Part shown: in pieces, positions 1 to 9,872 of the stretch
How positions within the stretch are numbered: the first letter of the stretch is position 1
Layout of the letters: each line of letters begins with the position of its first letter
Assembly (NCBI GenBank): GCA_040901985.1
Contig: JBBDYC010000011.1
Span: 9,633 to 73,632, forward strand
Length of the DNA stretch: 64,000 nt
Direction: 5' to 3'
Source: Gemmatimonadaceae bacterium
GTDB taxonomy: Bacteria; Gemmatimonadota; Gemmatimonadetes; Gemmatimonadales; Gemmatimonadaceae
The notes under the pieces: generated by a model
Databases searched by the model: none
Seen by the model: only the letters and a program-made list of their open reading frames with translations
Told to the model about the DNA's origin: nothing
Program-made: the position numbers and the translations under genes

Positions 1-618
1 ACCGGCTGGCAACGACTCACGTATCTCACCATCGGCACCTATTATCTCTTCGGCGTGACGGCAGCGCTCTTTCTCGTCTTTCCCTACCTGTACCTGTGGA
101 CGGGGATCCTTCCGGCCGCGATGCTCTTCCAGCGGTTCCTGGTGGATGCGGTGCCCGTCGCGGCAAGCGGCGTCGTGATGTATATGGTCGCACAGCAATG
201 GCTCGCGCATCCGGCCATCGAGCGTGGCACACACTGGCGCGGGCTCGTGCTCAAGTTCGCCTCCTGGCCGGTGTTCCTCGCCGGCACGTTGCTCGCCGTG
301 GGGCGCGCCGAGATCCCGTACATTCCCACGGCCAAGGAAGCGCAGCGCGGCAGGTTCCTGCGCCTCGCCTGGCCCCAACTGCTGTTGTTCGCCGTCTATG
401 CCGGCACGGTAGCGCGGGTGATCGTCGTACGACTCTACGAAACGGGCGAGGGTGCGTTGCAGCTCAGCAGCCAAGCGGTGTGGGGCATGGTGGGGTTCGC
501 GACATTGCCGGTGATTCTCGCGGCTGGCGCGGTCTACGCCGCGTGGCAGTCGCGCCATCCCGCGCCCGGAAACCCGTGGGACGCGATTGACGTCACCGGC
601 ATCGGAGGCGAGGCGTGA
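1..618 (+). CDS. C-terminal membrane part of a GT2 (cellulose-synthase-like) glycosyltransferase, 5'-truncated by the window edge
   Basis: Frame is open from base 1 (TGWQRLTYLTIGTYYLFG...). Several TM helices and an IPYIPTAK segment resembling the CesA/BcsA F-x-VTxK motif. GTGA overlap with the GH26 gene. Catalytic motifs lie outside the window. Confidence 0.6.
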   Translation, partial: TGWQRLTYLTIGTYYLFGVTAALFLVFPYLYLWTGILPAAMLFQRFLVDAVPVAASGVVMYMVAQQWLAHPAIERGTHWRGLVLKFASWPVFLAGTLLAVGRAEIPYIPTAKEAQRGRFLRLAWPQLLLFAVYAGTVARVIVVRLYETGEGALQLSSQAVWGMVGFATLPVILAAGAVYAAWQSRHPAPGNPWDAIDVTGIGGEA

Positions 619-1781
619 AGCGCCGACATCGCGTGCTCGTCGCCGTCGCCGTCGTCGTCGGGTCCATCGCGGCGGTGCTGTTGCTGACGAGCCTCGGCAC
701 GAGCACGCGTGGCCCGCTCAGCGGACTCATCGAGCGCATCGGAGCCGGCGTCGGGGCCATCGAATACGCGGCACGACGGACGCTCTCGCGCACGGGCGGC
801 CGCGCGGCGCAGCTCGCCGCGTTCGCCCCGTACCGGACCGACGCCGACCGCCTGCGACGCCCGGACCGCGTCCTGCTCGGCGCGTACGAGAGCGGACTGC
901 CCGCCACGCTCGAGGGCGTCGGTGAACTCGAGGGCGCGCTCGGCGTCCCGCTGCCGCTCATCCATTTCTATGCCGCGTGGGGTGACAAACCCGAGCAGCA
1001 GTTCCCGTTGCGCATCGTGCGGGCAATCTGGGATTACGGCTCGGTGCCGATGGTCACCTGGGAGCCGTGGCTCTCCGACTTCGAGAACACGCTGCACCCC
1101 GACCTCCCGCTGCGCGCCGTGCGCGAGCGCCAGGGCATGCGCGCCGTCGCCGACGGGACGTACGACTTCTATATCAACCGATGGGCCGCCGCGGCCGCCG
1201 CGTTCGGCAAGCCCCTGCTGGTCCGATTCGGCCACGAGATGAACGATGGCTATCGCTACCCGTGGGGCCCGCAGAACAATGCGCGCGAGGACTATGTCGC
1301 CGCGTGGCAACACGTCGTGGATCGGTTCCGCGCCGTCGGCGCCACGAACGTCCTCTGGGTCTGGTCGCCGCACGTGGCGTACGAGGGCTGGCAGTCGTAC
1401 TACCCAGGCGATGCGTACGTTGACTGGACCGCCACCGGCGCGCTCAACTACGGCCCGATCGCCCAGTGGTCCGAGTGGTGGACGTTCGCCGAAATCTTCG
1501 GCTCGCGCTACGCCGCGCTCGAGGCGTTCGGCAAGCCGGTGATGGTCGCCGAGTTCGGATCCCTCGCGGTCGGCGGGGACCGAGCGCAGTGGTATCGCGA
1601 CGCCTTGGCCACGTTGCCGGTTGATTACCCGGCGGTGCGGGCGTTGCTGTTCTTCGAGGTGGGGCGCGACCGCACGGTCACGTACCAGGAACTCGACTGG
1701 ACGGTCCGCACCGATTCCGCCATCGCGCAGGTCATCGGAGCCGCCGTCGGGCCGTGGGCCCCGGGGGTCAGGCGACCGTAG
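615..1781 (+). CDS. Glycoside hydrolase family 26 (beta-mannanase/glucanase-like), N-terminal membrane anchor
   Basis: GH26 motifs TWEPW, VRFGHEMN (acid/base Glu), YYPGDAYVDW and KPVMVAEFG (nucleophile Glu). Hydrophobic N-terminus. Confidence 0.85.
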   Translation: MKRRHRVLVAVAVVVGSIAAVLLLTSLGTSTRGPLSGLIERIGAGVGAIEYAARRTLSRTGGRAAQLAAFAPYRTDADRLRRPDRVLLGAYESGLPATLEGVGELEGALGVPLPLIHFYAAWGDKPEQQFPLRIVRAIWDYGSVPMVTWEPWLSDFENTLHPDLPLRAVRERQGMRAVADGTYDFYINRWAAAAAAFGKPLLVRFGHEMNDGYRYPWGPQNNAREDYVAAWQHVVDRFRAVGATNVLWVWSPHVAYEGWQSYYPGDAYVDWTATGALNYGPIAQWSEWWTFAEIFGSRYAALEAFGKPVMVAEFGSLAVGGDRAQWYRDALATLPVDYPAVRALLFFEVGRDRTVTYQELDWTVRTDSAIAQVIGAAVGPWAPGVRRP

Positions 1782-1832
1782 CCGCGCGAAACGTGGTTGG
1801 CATCGGCGCCGCACCGGTGTGACGTTACGGGA

Positions 1833-3290
1833 ATGACAGACGACACGCGAAACGTCCGCGCGCGGCTCGGCCTCTTGTGCGGACCCGTCCTCTGCGTCGC
1901 CACGCTGCTCGTGGCCGGCCCCGAGAGCCTGTCCGCGGAGGCCTGGCGGGCGACCGGCGTCGGGCTGCTGATGGCGACGTGGTGGATCACCGAAGCCGTC
2001 CCCATTCCCGTGACGGCGCTCCTGCCGCTGCTGCTTTTCCCGGTGCTCGGGGTGATGCCGGTGGCCGAAGCCGCGGCGCCCTATGCGAACCCGGTGATCT
2101 TCCTGTTCCTTGGCGGCTTCATCATTGCCGCGGCACTGGCGCAGTGCGGGCTGCACCGGAGGATGGCGCTCGCGACGATCGGCCTGGTGGGCACGCGACC
2201 GGCGAACCTCGTCGCCGGGTTCATGGTGGCGACGGCATTCATCAGTATGTGGGTCAGCAACACGGCGACGATCGCGATGATGTTCCCGATGGCGATGTCG
2301 GTGATCGCGCTGGCCGAGCGGGACGCACGCGTCGGGGACGCGGGATTCGCCATCGCGCTCCTGCTCGGCCTCGCGTACGCCGCGAACATCGGCGGCCTCG
2401 GCACGCTGATCGGCACGCCGCCGAACGCGCTGCTCGCGGGATTCGTGGCGGAGACGTACGGGCGCGAGATTGGATTCGCGCAGTGGATGCTCCTTGGCGT
2501 GCCGATCGTCGTGGTGGCCCTGCCGATCGTCTGGCTCATTCTCGTGAAGTGGCTCTATCCGCTGCCACGGGACGAGATCACCGGAGGGCGCGAGGCGTTC
2601 CGGGCCGAGTCGGCGGCGCTTGGCCCACCGTCCCGCGCCGAGTGGACGGTCGGCGCGATTACGCTGGTCACCGCCGCGAGCTGGGTCGCGCGACCCCTCA
2701 TTGAACGGGTGGTGCCCGGTCTGAGCGACGCCAGCATCGCGATCGGCGGCGCCATCCTGATGTTCCTGGTTCCCGTCGAGCGCGGGCGCCTCACGCCGGC
2801 GCTGCGCTGGGAGGACGCGGAGCGCCTTCCGTGGTCGGTGCTCATCCTGTTCGGAGGCGGGCTCTCGCTGGCGCACGCCTTGAGCACCACGGGCATGGCC
2901 GCGTGGCTCGGGAACTCGATGACCGCCCTCGTGGCGCTGCCGGTGGTGGTGATCATCGTCGCGATCACGGCGGTCGTGCTGTTCCTGACGGAACTCACGA
3001 GCAACACGGCGACGGCCGCCGTCTTCCTTCCGATCGCGGGATCCCTCGCCATCGCGACGGGACACGACCCCTTCCTCTTCGTCATCCCCGCCGCCCTCGC
3101 GGCGAGCTGCGCGTTCATGATGCCGGTGGCGACGCCGCCCAACGCGATCGTGTTCGCCAGCGGGCGACTGACGATCCCCCAGATGGCGACGGCCGGGGTC
3201 TGGATCAACCTGGCGATGCTCGCGTTGATCAACGTGTTCGTGTTCCTGTTGGCGACGCGCGTATTCGGAGCGGCACGTGTCGCCGCGTAG
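1833..3290 (+). CDS. SLC13/DASS family Na+:dicarboxylate/sulfate symporter
   Basis: SNTAT motif twice, GTPPN, SCAFMMPVATPPNAI, many TM helices. Start refined to the in-frame ATG at 1833. Confidence 0.9.
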   Translation: MTDDTRNVRARLGLLCGPVLCVATLLVAGPESLSAEAWRATGVGLLMATWWITEAVPIPVTALLPLLLFPVLGVMPVAEAAAPYANPVIFLFLGGFIIAAALAQCGLHRRMALATIGLVGTRPANLVAGFMVATAFISMWVSNTATIAMMFPMAMSVIALAERDARVGDAGFAIALLLGLAYAANIGGLGTLIGTPPNALLAGFVAETYGREIGFAQWMLLGVPIVVVALPIVWLILVKWLYPLPRDEITGGREAFRAESAALGPPSRAEWTVGAITLVTAASWVARPLIERVVPGLSDASIAIGGAILMFLVPVERGRLTPALRWEDAERLPWSVLILFGGGLSLAHALSTTGMAAWLGNSMTALVALPVVVIIVAITAVVLFLTELTSNTATAAVFLPIAGSLAIATGHDPFLFVIPAALAASCAFMMPVATPPNAIVFASGRLTIPQMATAGVWINLAMLALINVFVFLLATRVFGAARVAA

Positions 3291-3320
3291 CGACCGGTTC
3301 CCGTTCGCGCGTCCTACGCT

Positions 3321-6008
3321 ATGACGTCGCCCCCGGAGCGTGCGTGGCACACGGTGGCGGTCGGCGACGTCGAGCAGGCGCTTGGAACGGCCGCCGAGGG
3401 ACTGGATGGGGCGGAGGCGGCGCGCCGGCTGGCGCAGTACGGACCCAACGAGATCGAGGCGGAGCGCCAGGACCCCTGGTGGGCCATCCTGCTGCACCAG
3501 TTCCGCGATCCGCTCATCTACATCCTGATCGCCGCGGGGAGCATTACGCTCGCGCTCCGGGACTACACGGACACCGGAGTCATCCTCGCGGTCGTGATCC
3601 TCAACGCGGTCATCGGCTTCGTGCAGGAGTATCGCGCCCGCAAGGCGATGCAGGCGCTGGCGCGGCTCAGCGCCCCCCACGCCGTGGTGATCCGCGCCGG
3701 GACGACGCAGGACGTCGCCAGCCGCGACCTGGTGCCCGGCGATGTCATTGTGCTCGCGTCCGGCTCCCGCGTGCCGGCCGACGTCCGCGTGACCCGCGTG
3801 AACGACCTCGAGGTGGACGAATCGCTCCTCACCGGCGAGTCGCGCTCGGTGCGGAAGCACGCGGAGCCGCTGGACCGACCGGCGCTGGTCGCCGGAGACC
3901 AGGTCAACATGGCCTTCGCCGGCACGACGGTTGCAAGAGGCCGTGGCCGCGGGCTCGTCGTCCGCACCGGCATGGCGACCGAGATGGGGCGCATCGCCGT
4001 CGCGATGCGCGACGTGGGCCACACGACGACCCCGCTGCAAGCGAAGATTGACCGGTTCGGCCGACACGTGGGGCTGGTCGTCATCGCGCTCAGCCTCCTC
4101 GTGCTGGTCATCGGCGTCCTGCGCAACATCTCGCTCGGCGAGATCCTGCTGACGGCCGTGGCGCTTGCCGTCTCCGCCATTCCCGAGGGCTTGCCGGTGG
4201 TCCTGACCGTCACGCTCGCCATCGGTGTCCGCCGCATGGCGCGTCGGCAGGCCATCATCCGATCGCTGCCGGCGGTCGAGACGCTGGGCAGCACGACCGT
4301 GATCGGCTCGGACAAGACCGGGACGCTGACCGCGAACGCGATGACCGTGGTCGCGATCTGGGCTGCCGGCCGGGACTACTCCGTGAGCGGCACGGGGTAC
4401 GACCGGTCGGGCCAGGTGGAGTCTGACGGCGTCGTCGTCGGCGCGCACGACGACCCGGTGCTGCACCGCGTGTTGTTGAGCGCCGTACTCGCGAACGAGG
4501 CCGAGCCCGACCAGGAGCGGCAGGAGCCGCGCATCGGCGACCCCACGGAGCTCGCGCTCCACGTCGCGGCGGCAAAGGCCGGCCTGGATCCAGGCGAGGC
4601 GCGCGCACGCCACCGCGAATACGACATCCTCCCCTTCGAATCCGAGCGGCGCTATATGGCGACGTTGAATGCAGGCGACGGCGCGGAGCACACACTTCAC
4701 CTGAAGGGGGCGCCGGAACGGATCCTTGCCTGCTGCGACCGGATGCTCACCCGGGACGGCGAGCGGCCGCTGGACCGGCGTGCCGTGCAGGATGCGGCGG
4801 GGGCGCTCGCGGCCCGCGGGCTGCGCGTACTGGCGACGGCCGTCCGGCCGGTGGGCCGGACCGCCAGCATCGAGGGCGAGACGGCCTGCAATGGAAGCGT
4901 GTTCACGGGGCTGCTCGGGATGGAGGATCCGGTGCGGCCGGAGGCGGTGGCGGCCGTCGCCGACGCGCACGCGGCCGGCATCCGCGTCCTGATGCTCACC
5001 GGCGACCACATTGACACCGCGCGTACCATCGGCGGACAGCTCGGCCTTCGCGGGGCCGACGCCATCTCCGGCCAGGAGATCAGCGCACTGTCGGACGAGG
5101 AGCTCGACTCGCGCATCGCAACGGTGGACGTGTATGCGCGGGTGGCGCCCGAGCACAAGCTCCGGATCGTCCAGCGTCTCAAGGCACGCGAGGAGATCGT
5201 CGCGGTCACCGGCGACGGCGTGAACGACGCCCCCGCCCTGCGGGCCGCGCATATCGGGGTGGCGATGGGCGCAAGCGGCACCGACGTCGCACGCGAGGCC
5301 GCGGACATGGTCCTCGCCGACGACAATTTCGCCACCATCACGGCGGCGATCGAGGAAGGGCGCGTCGTCTTCTCGAACATCCGGAAGGTCACGTTCTTCC
5401 TGCTATCCACCGCGGTGGGCGAGGTGCTCGCGATCCTCGTCGCGCTCGCGGCGGGGTGGCCGCTCCCGTTCATCGCGGCGCAGATCCTCTGGATCAACCT
5501 GGTGACGAACGGCCTCCAGGACGTCGCGCTGGCCTTCGAGCCGGGCGAGCCGGGGTTGCTCCGCCAGCGACCGCGCAAGGCGGATGACGGCGTGCTTTCC
5601 CGGCGGCTGCTCGAGCGCCTGGGCGCGGTCGGTGTCCTGCTCGCCGCGGGCACCTTGGGGATGTTCCTGTGGACGCTGCGTGCCACCGGCGACCTCGACC
5701 TCGCGCGGACGGCCGCGATGACCCAGATGGTGGTGTTCCAATTCTTTCACGTCTTCAATTGCCGGTCGCTCGACCGATCGATCTTCTCGATTCCGATGTT
5801 CTCGAACAAGTTCCTGTTCCTGAGCATTGTCGCCGCGGCGCTGGCGCACCTCGCCGTGCTCCACCTTCCTTTCCTGCAAGCCGTGTTCAAGACGACGGCG
5901 CTGCCGCCGCACCTGTGGGCGGTTATCCTGGCGGTCGGTACCGTAGTGGTCCTCGGCGGCGAACTGGACAAGTGGGTCAACCGCCACTTCCGCCGTCCCA
6001 TCGGTTGA
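3321..6008 (+). CDS. Cation-transporting P-type ATPase (type IIA, Ca2+-like)
   Basis: LTGES, PEGL, DKTGTLT phosphorylation site, TGDH, GDGVNDAPAL. Confidence 0.95.
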   Translation: MTSPPERAWHTVAVGDVEQALGTAAEGLDGAEAARRLAQYGPNEIEAERQDPWWAILLHQFRDPLIYILIAAGSITLALRDYTDTGVILAVVILNAVIGFVQEYRARKAMQALARLSAPHAVVIRAGTTQDVASRDLVPGDVIVLASGSRVPADVRVTRVNDLEVDESLLTGESRSVRKHAEPLDRPALVAGDQVNMAFAGTTVARGRGRGLVVRTGMATEMGRIAVAMRDVGHTTTPLQAKIDRFGRHVGLVVIALSLLVLVIGVLRNISLGEILLTAVALAVSAIPEGLPVVLTVTLAIGVRRMARRQAIIRSLPAVETLGSTTVIGSDKTGTLTANAMTVVAIWAAGRDYSVSGTGYDRSGQVESDGVVVGAHDDPVLHRVLLSAVLANEAEPDQERQEPRIGDPTELALHVAAAKAGLDPGEARARHREYDILPFESERRYMATLNAGDGAEHTLHLKGAPERILACCDRMLTRDGERPLDRRAVQDAAGALAARGLRVLATAVRPVGRTASIEGETACNGSVFTGLLGMEDPVRPEAVAAVADAHAAGIRVLMLTGDHIDTARTIGGQLGLRGADAISGQEISALSDEELDSRIATVDVYARVAPEHKLRIVQRLKAREEIVAVTGDGVNDAPALRAAHIGVAMGASGTDVAREAADMVLADDNFATITAAIEEGRVVFSNIRKVTFFLLSTAVGEVLAILVALAAGWPLPFIAAQILWINLVTNGLQDVALAFEPGEPGLLRQRPRKADDGVLSRRLLERLGAVGVLLAAGTLGMFLWTLRATGDLDLARTAAMTQMVVFQFFHVFNCRSLDRSIFSIPMFSNKFLFLSIVAAALAHLAVLHLPFLQAVFKTTALPPHLWAVILAVGTVVVLGGELDKWVNRHFRRPIG

Positions 6009-6108
6009 GCGGGCGCGCCGTCGTGGTAGATTGCGGGGTTCGCGACCGGCAGGGCCTGCGGGGCTCTCCCGGCGACAGGAACCCGAAGTTCCGCACAGGA
6101 GAGTCGTG

Positions 6109-6984
6109 ATGTCCAAGCATCCGGTCGTCCTGCCACCGGTGGTCGTGGCGATGGACTTCAGCGCCGCGTCAATCGCAGCGGTCCACTGGGTCGCCACGCA
6201 CTTCGCCCCGTCGAGTCCGATCGTGGCGGTGCACGCGGTGGACATCCCCGAGCCGCCGGGCTTCCTTGCCCCGCTGCTGGCGCCGACCGGCCCGGCGCGC
6301 GAGTTGGCGGCTGACGGCGCGCGCACGCGCCTCGCGTCGCTTGCGCGCGAGCTTCCGGCCGTCTCGGGCGAGGTGCGGGTGGGCCGCGCCGCGCCGATCA
6401 TCGTCGCCGTCGCCGAGGAGCGTCGTGCGTCGGCGATCGTCATCGGTCCACACGGCGAACGCACCGGCCTCGGACGCTTGATCGGGTCCACGGCGGAGCG
6501 CGTGACACGCAATGCCGGAGTGCCGGTGGTGGTGGCGCGTGGCAATCTCGAACGCTCGCCGGTGCGCCTCCTCGTCGCGGTGGATGATTCGGCGGCAGGT
6601 GAAGCCGCGCTCGGATGGGCGGCCGGGGTCGCCCGGGAGTCCGGGCGTGAACTGCTCGTCCTCCACATCATAGACCCCGCACTCGCGGGCGCGGTGAGCG
6701 TCGCAGCGGCACCGCGCGAGCGCGCGTCGGCGCTTGACGGCCTCCGGCTTGCAGCCGAGGTGTGGCTCAAGGAGCGACTCGAACACACCGGCATTCCGGT
6801 CGAACGCCGCGAGGGGGCGCTCCGCTTCGGCGACCCGCGCGCCGAGATCCTCGCCGCCACGATCTCGCTGCGCGCCGACCTCCTGGTGGTCGGCCGCGGA
6901 CGGACCGGGATCGCCGGCGCGATCGGCAGCGTCGCGGACGCGCTGGTGCGCGCGGCCGAGGTGACGACCGTCGTCGTGCCCTGA
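6109..6984 (+). CDS. Universal stress protein with two USP domains
   Basis: VVAMDFS / LLVAVDDS beta-strands and G-x-x-G...GSxAE/D motifs repeated twice. SD AGGAG at ~6097-6101, start GTG 6106 or ATG 6109. Confidence 0.9.
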   Translation: MSKHPVVLPPVVVAMDFSAASIAAVHWVATHFAPSSPIVAVHAVDIPEPPGFLAPLLAPTGPARELAADGARTRLASLARELPAVSGEVRVGRAAPIIVAVAEERRASAIVIGPHGERTGLGRLIGSTAERVTRNAGVPVVVARGNLERSPVRLLVAVDDSAAGEAALGWAAGVARESGRELLVLHIIDPALAGAVSVAAAPRERASALDGLRLAAEVWLKERLEHTGIPVERREGALRFGDPRAEILAATISLRADLLVVGRGRTGIAGAIGSVADALVRAAEVTTVVVP

Positions 6985-7014
6985 GCGGTCCTTCCACCGC
7001 CGGCGCGGCCTCCG

Positions 7015-7500
7015 CTACCTACAGCGCTCCACCAGGTGCCGCGCCAGTTCGAGCGCCTGCTCGGCTTCCGCCGCGTGGAGCCCGTAGACGTTTCGCAGGC
7101 CGACGGAATCCGTGCGCAACTGCTCCCACGACTGCCGTCCAACCTCGACGTCGCCGTTCGGTCGGAAGTGCACCGTCGCCGTATAGCGTTCTATATGGAT
7201 GCCACCGGCGCGATCCAGGTATACCGACAGGTAGCGCGCTCCGCCGCGGGCATTCACGCCGAGTTGCCCGACGCGTCCGGTGAGGGGAAGCTGGAACTGG
7301 AACATCCGCTCGATGCCCTGCCGGCGATGCTGTGGGTCCACGGGGTAGGCCGCGCAGTAGAGCGGCTGATCGGCCACGACCTGGAACAGCGGGTTCGGCA
7401 CTACGTAGGTGACGCGCGCGTTGCCGGCCTGCGCGCCGAGGGGCGGCGCGGCGAGCACGAGCACAATTAGGGCCAGGCAGCGGCGGACACGGGTACCCAT
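7015..7500 (-). CDS. Hypothetical secreted protein
   Basis: Signal-peptide-like N-terminus (CLALIVLVLAAPPLGAQ), normal codon usage, TAACGT -10-like box 6 nt before the ATG. Confidence 0.65.
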   Translation of the reverse strand: MGTRVRRCLALIVLVLAAPPLGAQAGNARVTYVVPNPLFQVVADQPLYCAAYPVDPQHRRQGIERMFQFQLPLTGRVGQLGVNARGGARYLSVYLDRAGGIHIERYTATVHFRPNGDVEVGRQSWEQLRTDSVGLRNVYGLHAAEAEQALELARHLVERCR

Positions 7501-7628
7501 ACCCGAACGTTACACCAGTCCGGCGCTTCCGGCCCTCGGTCACCGACGCGGTGGCGAGGGCGCGAGTCTCGCCCCATATTGAACCGGACGCCCCGATTCC
7601 CCGATCGCTCTTGCCGCGGAGGAATGAC

Positions 7629-7922
7629 ATGCTGCTGACGAGCACCGACCTCGAGTCCATCCACCGGTACTGCAGTCACCATCGGCCGCTGCTCGAACAA
7701 TCGTCCCAGGCGGGGTGCTTCTGCTGCGGCGCGACCTTCGCGCCGACCGAGATCAAGGAATGGATCCACGAGGGCGGCGCGGCGGGCGGCGAGAACGCGG
7801 GGGAGACGGCGAAGTGCCCGCACTGCGGCGTGGACTCGGTGCTCCCGTCGGCGGCGCCGATCACGCTCGACAGCCGCATGCTCGCGGCGCTCCAGGCCTA
7901 TTGGTTCAGCGGCACGCGCTAG
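7629..7922 (+). CDS. Small Cys-rich putative zinc-binding protein
   Basis: GCFCC...CPHCGVDSV and a C-terminal YWF, a pattern seen in conserved hypothetical cytoplasmic proteins. SD GGAGG upstream; start refined to ATG 7629. Confidence 0.75.
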   Translation: MLLTSTDLESIHRYCSHHRPLLEQSSQAGCFCCGATFAPTEIKEWIHEGGAAGGENAGETAKCPHCGVDSVLPSAAPITLDSRMLAALQAYWFSGTR

Positions 7923-7945
7923 CGCGCGCCACGGGAGATTGCCGG

Positions 7946-8359
7946 ATGACATCGTTGGGGTTTGAGGTCGAAGTGCCGCTCGCGTTCGCGGCCGCGCTCG
8001 ACGTCACGCGCGACGCACTCAAGGCCGAGGGGTTCGGCGTCCTCACCGAGATTGACCTGCAGGCCGCCTTCAAGGAGAAGCTCGGCCGGGAGTTCCGCCC
8101 GTACCGGATCCTCGGCGCCTGCAACCCGCCGCTCGCGTTCGCGGCGGTGACCGAGGATCCGGCGATCGGGCTGTTGCTGCCGTGCAACGTCACGGTCGAG
8201 GAGCGGGACGCCGGTCGCTCGCTGGTGCGGTTGGTGGATCCCCGCTCGATGCTCGCGGCCGCGCCGGGCGGCCTCTCCCCCGCCCTGCAAACCGTCGCCG
8301 AGGATGCGCGCGGCCGGATCGAGCGCGTCGTCGCCGCGCTCAGGGCGCTGGCGCGCTGA
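7946..8359 (+). CDS. DUF302 domain protein
   Basis: GFGVLTEID, YRILGACNP, IGLLLPCN motifs. In-frame ATG at 7946. Confidence 0.9.
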   Translation: MTSLGFEVEVPLAFAAALDVTRDALKAEGFGVLTEIDLQAAFKEKLGREFRPYRILGACNPPLAFAAVTEDPAIGLLLPCNVTVEERDAGRSLVRLVDPRSMLAAAPGGLSPALQTVAEDARGRIERVVAALRALAR

Positions 8360-9872
8360 CTTGGTCGAGCCACGCCGTCGCCGCGCCGACGGTCGTCAGT
8401 TCCCCGCGGAGCAGCGCGGTCACGAGATCGTGCGTGACCATCGCGCTGAACGGCCGCTCGTATACCACGCCCGTCGCCTGCCCGGGGAGCTTGAGGATGA
8501 ACGGCACGCGCGGATCGGCGGGCTCGTTGAGGTACTGCGGCCGATAGCGCATCACGTGGTCGGAGAGGAGCAGTACCGCGGTGCCGTCCCACTTGCCGGC
8601 GGCCTCCATCTCGCGGCGCAGTTCGCCGAGCACGCGATCCATCAGGTGGAGGTTGTCGTAGTAGCCGTCGGGGTCGAACCGCGTCACCGTGTACGACTCC
8701 GACTCCTCGTCCCAGATCCAGGGCGTGTGCGGCAGGATCAGGTGCAGGAAGACGAGTCCGCGTCCGCCCGTCGTGACCGCCTCGAGGGCGTCGTCGCGCT
8801 GCGACTCCACGATCTCGATCTGCCGGAGGCGGAGACTCGTATAGGGAATCAGCGCGAGCTGCTGGTCCACGAGCGCCCGCCAGAATCCGGTGTCCCGTCC
8901 GCGTGAACCGATGGTGCGCGTGGGGTAGGTCGAGCAGCCGTCGAGGTCGGGAAAGAGTCGGCAGTAGGGGTGGTACCAGCCGGCGAGGATCGCCACGCCA
9001 CCGAGCGAATCGGCGTCGCGCAGCAGGTTGGGCGCGGTGGACCAGGGCTGCGTCTCGGTGCTGTCTATCGTCAGGAGGAGTTCGTCGTCGCTGATGGGCC
9101 GCGAGTCGGTGACGCGGAGGCCGGAGAGCATCGCGGGGATCGAGACACCGGTCGTCCGGCCGATCTGCGTGACCTCTCGCGCGTCAATGGCGCCGGCGCG
9201 GAACCGGTCGAACTCCGGGAGCTCGAAGCCCGGCGGCCGCGCGTCAATGGCGTGGTGTGCGCTGAGCGCATCCATCACGATCACCACCACGCGCGGGCCA
9301 GCGGCCTCGGCGACCGGCGTGCCGATCGGCGGCGCCAGCGGCGCCAGCGCGTGCGTGGGATTGACGCTCACGAGGATCCACGCGGCGCGCGCGAAGGTCA
9401 CCGCGACGAAGGGCGTGAGGATATAGACGAGGCCGACGGTGAGCTTGAGCGACCGCTCCGGCCAGCGGACCGCGGCGGCGACAATGGCCAGCAACACCAC
9501 GACGGGCGCGAGCGCCTCGAGGTACAAGCCGTTCCTCCACCGATCAATGACCGAGAGGACGCCGGGCGCGAGCTCAGGGCCGAGGGCGTTCAGCTGCGCG
9601 GCGAGGACGGTGACGAAACCGGCGATGATCGCGATCCGCCCGCGGCGGCCGAATCGCCGGGCGATCGCCGTCGCGCCGAGAAAGGCGGCGGCGAGGAGGA
9701 GCACGTTGAGGACGACCGCGAGGACATCCGAGTTGGCGACGCTGAGGAAGTACGCCTCGGTGGACGTCACTGCGAGGATCTCGGCCCAGATCCGCAGATA
9801 GCAGATGTTGGCGAGCGAGAGCGCGATGGCGACGTCCCGGGCGGCGATTCGCGTCACTGAAGGGTCGGTCAT
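8340..9872 (-). CDS. Membrane-anchored alkaline-phosphatase-superfamily (LtaS/EptA/sulfatase-like) transferase
   Basis: N-terminal TM bundle, then VIVMDAL (metal Asp), TTGVSIPAMLSG (Thr nucleophile region), HLILPHTPW and LLSDH. ATGA overlap with the upstream gene. Confidence 0.75.
   Translation of the reverse strand: MTDPSVTRIAARDVAIALSLANICYLRIWAEILAVTSTEAYFLSVANSDVLAVVLNVLLLAAAFLGATAIARRFGRRGRIAIIAGFVTVLAAQLNALGPELAPGVLSVIDRWRNGLYLEALAPVVVLLAIVAAAVRWPERSLKLTVGLVYILTPFVAVTFARAAWILVSVNPTHALAPLAPPIGTPVAEAAGPRVVVIVMDALSAHHAIDARPPGFELPEFDRFRAGAIDAREVTQIGRTTGVSIPAMLSGLRVTDSRPISDDELLLTIDSTETQPWSTAPNLLRDADSLGGVAILAGWYHPYCRLFPDLDGCSTYPTRTIGSRGRDTGFWRALVDQQLALIPYTSLRLRQIEIVESQRDDALEAVTTGGRGLVFLHLILPHTPWIWDEESESYTVTRFDPDGYYDNLHLMDRVLGELRREMEAAGKWDGTAVLLLSDHVMRYRPQYLNEPADPRVPFILKLPGQATGVVYERPFSAMVTHDLVTALLRGELTTVGAATAWLDQVSAPAP

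Noticed and set aside
534-5252. 1572-aa antisense ORF, and similar long antisense ORFs at 13953-15479, 33258-35678, 37439-39946, 42638-44182 and 57984-59816 (upstream extension)
   Set aside because: Shadow ORFs from high GC3 codon bias. The sense genes at 615, 1797 and 3321 share one frame, so the antisense register stays open. The translations are Arg/Ala/Gly-rich with no motifs.
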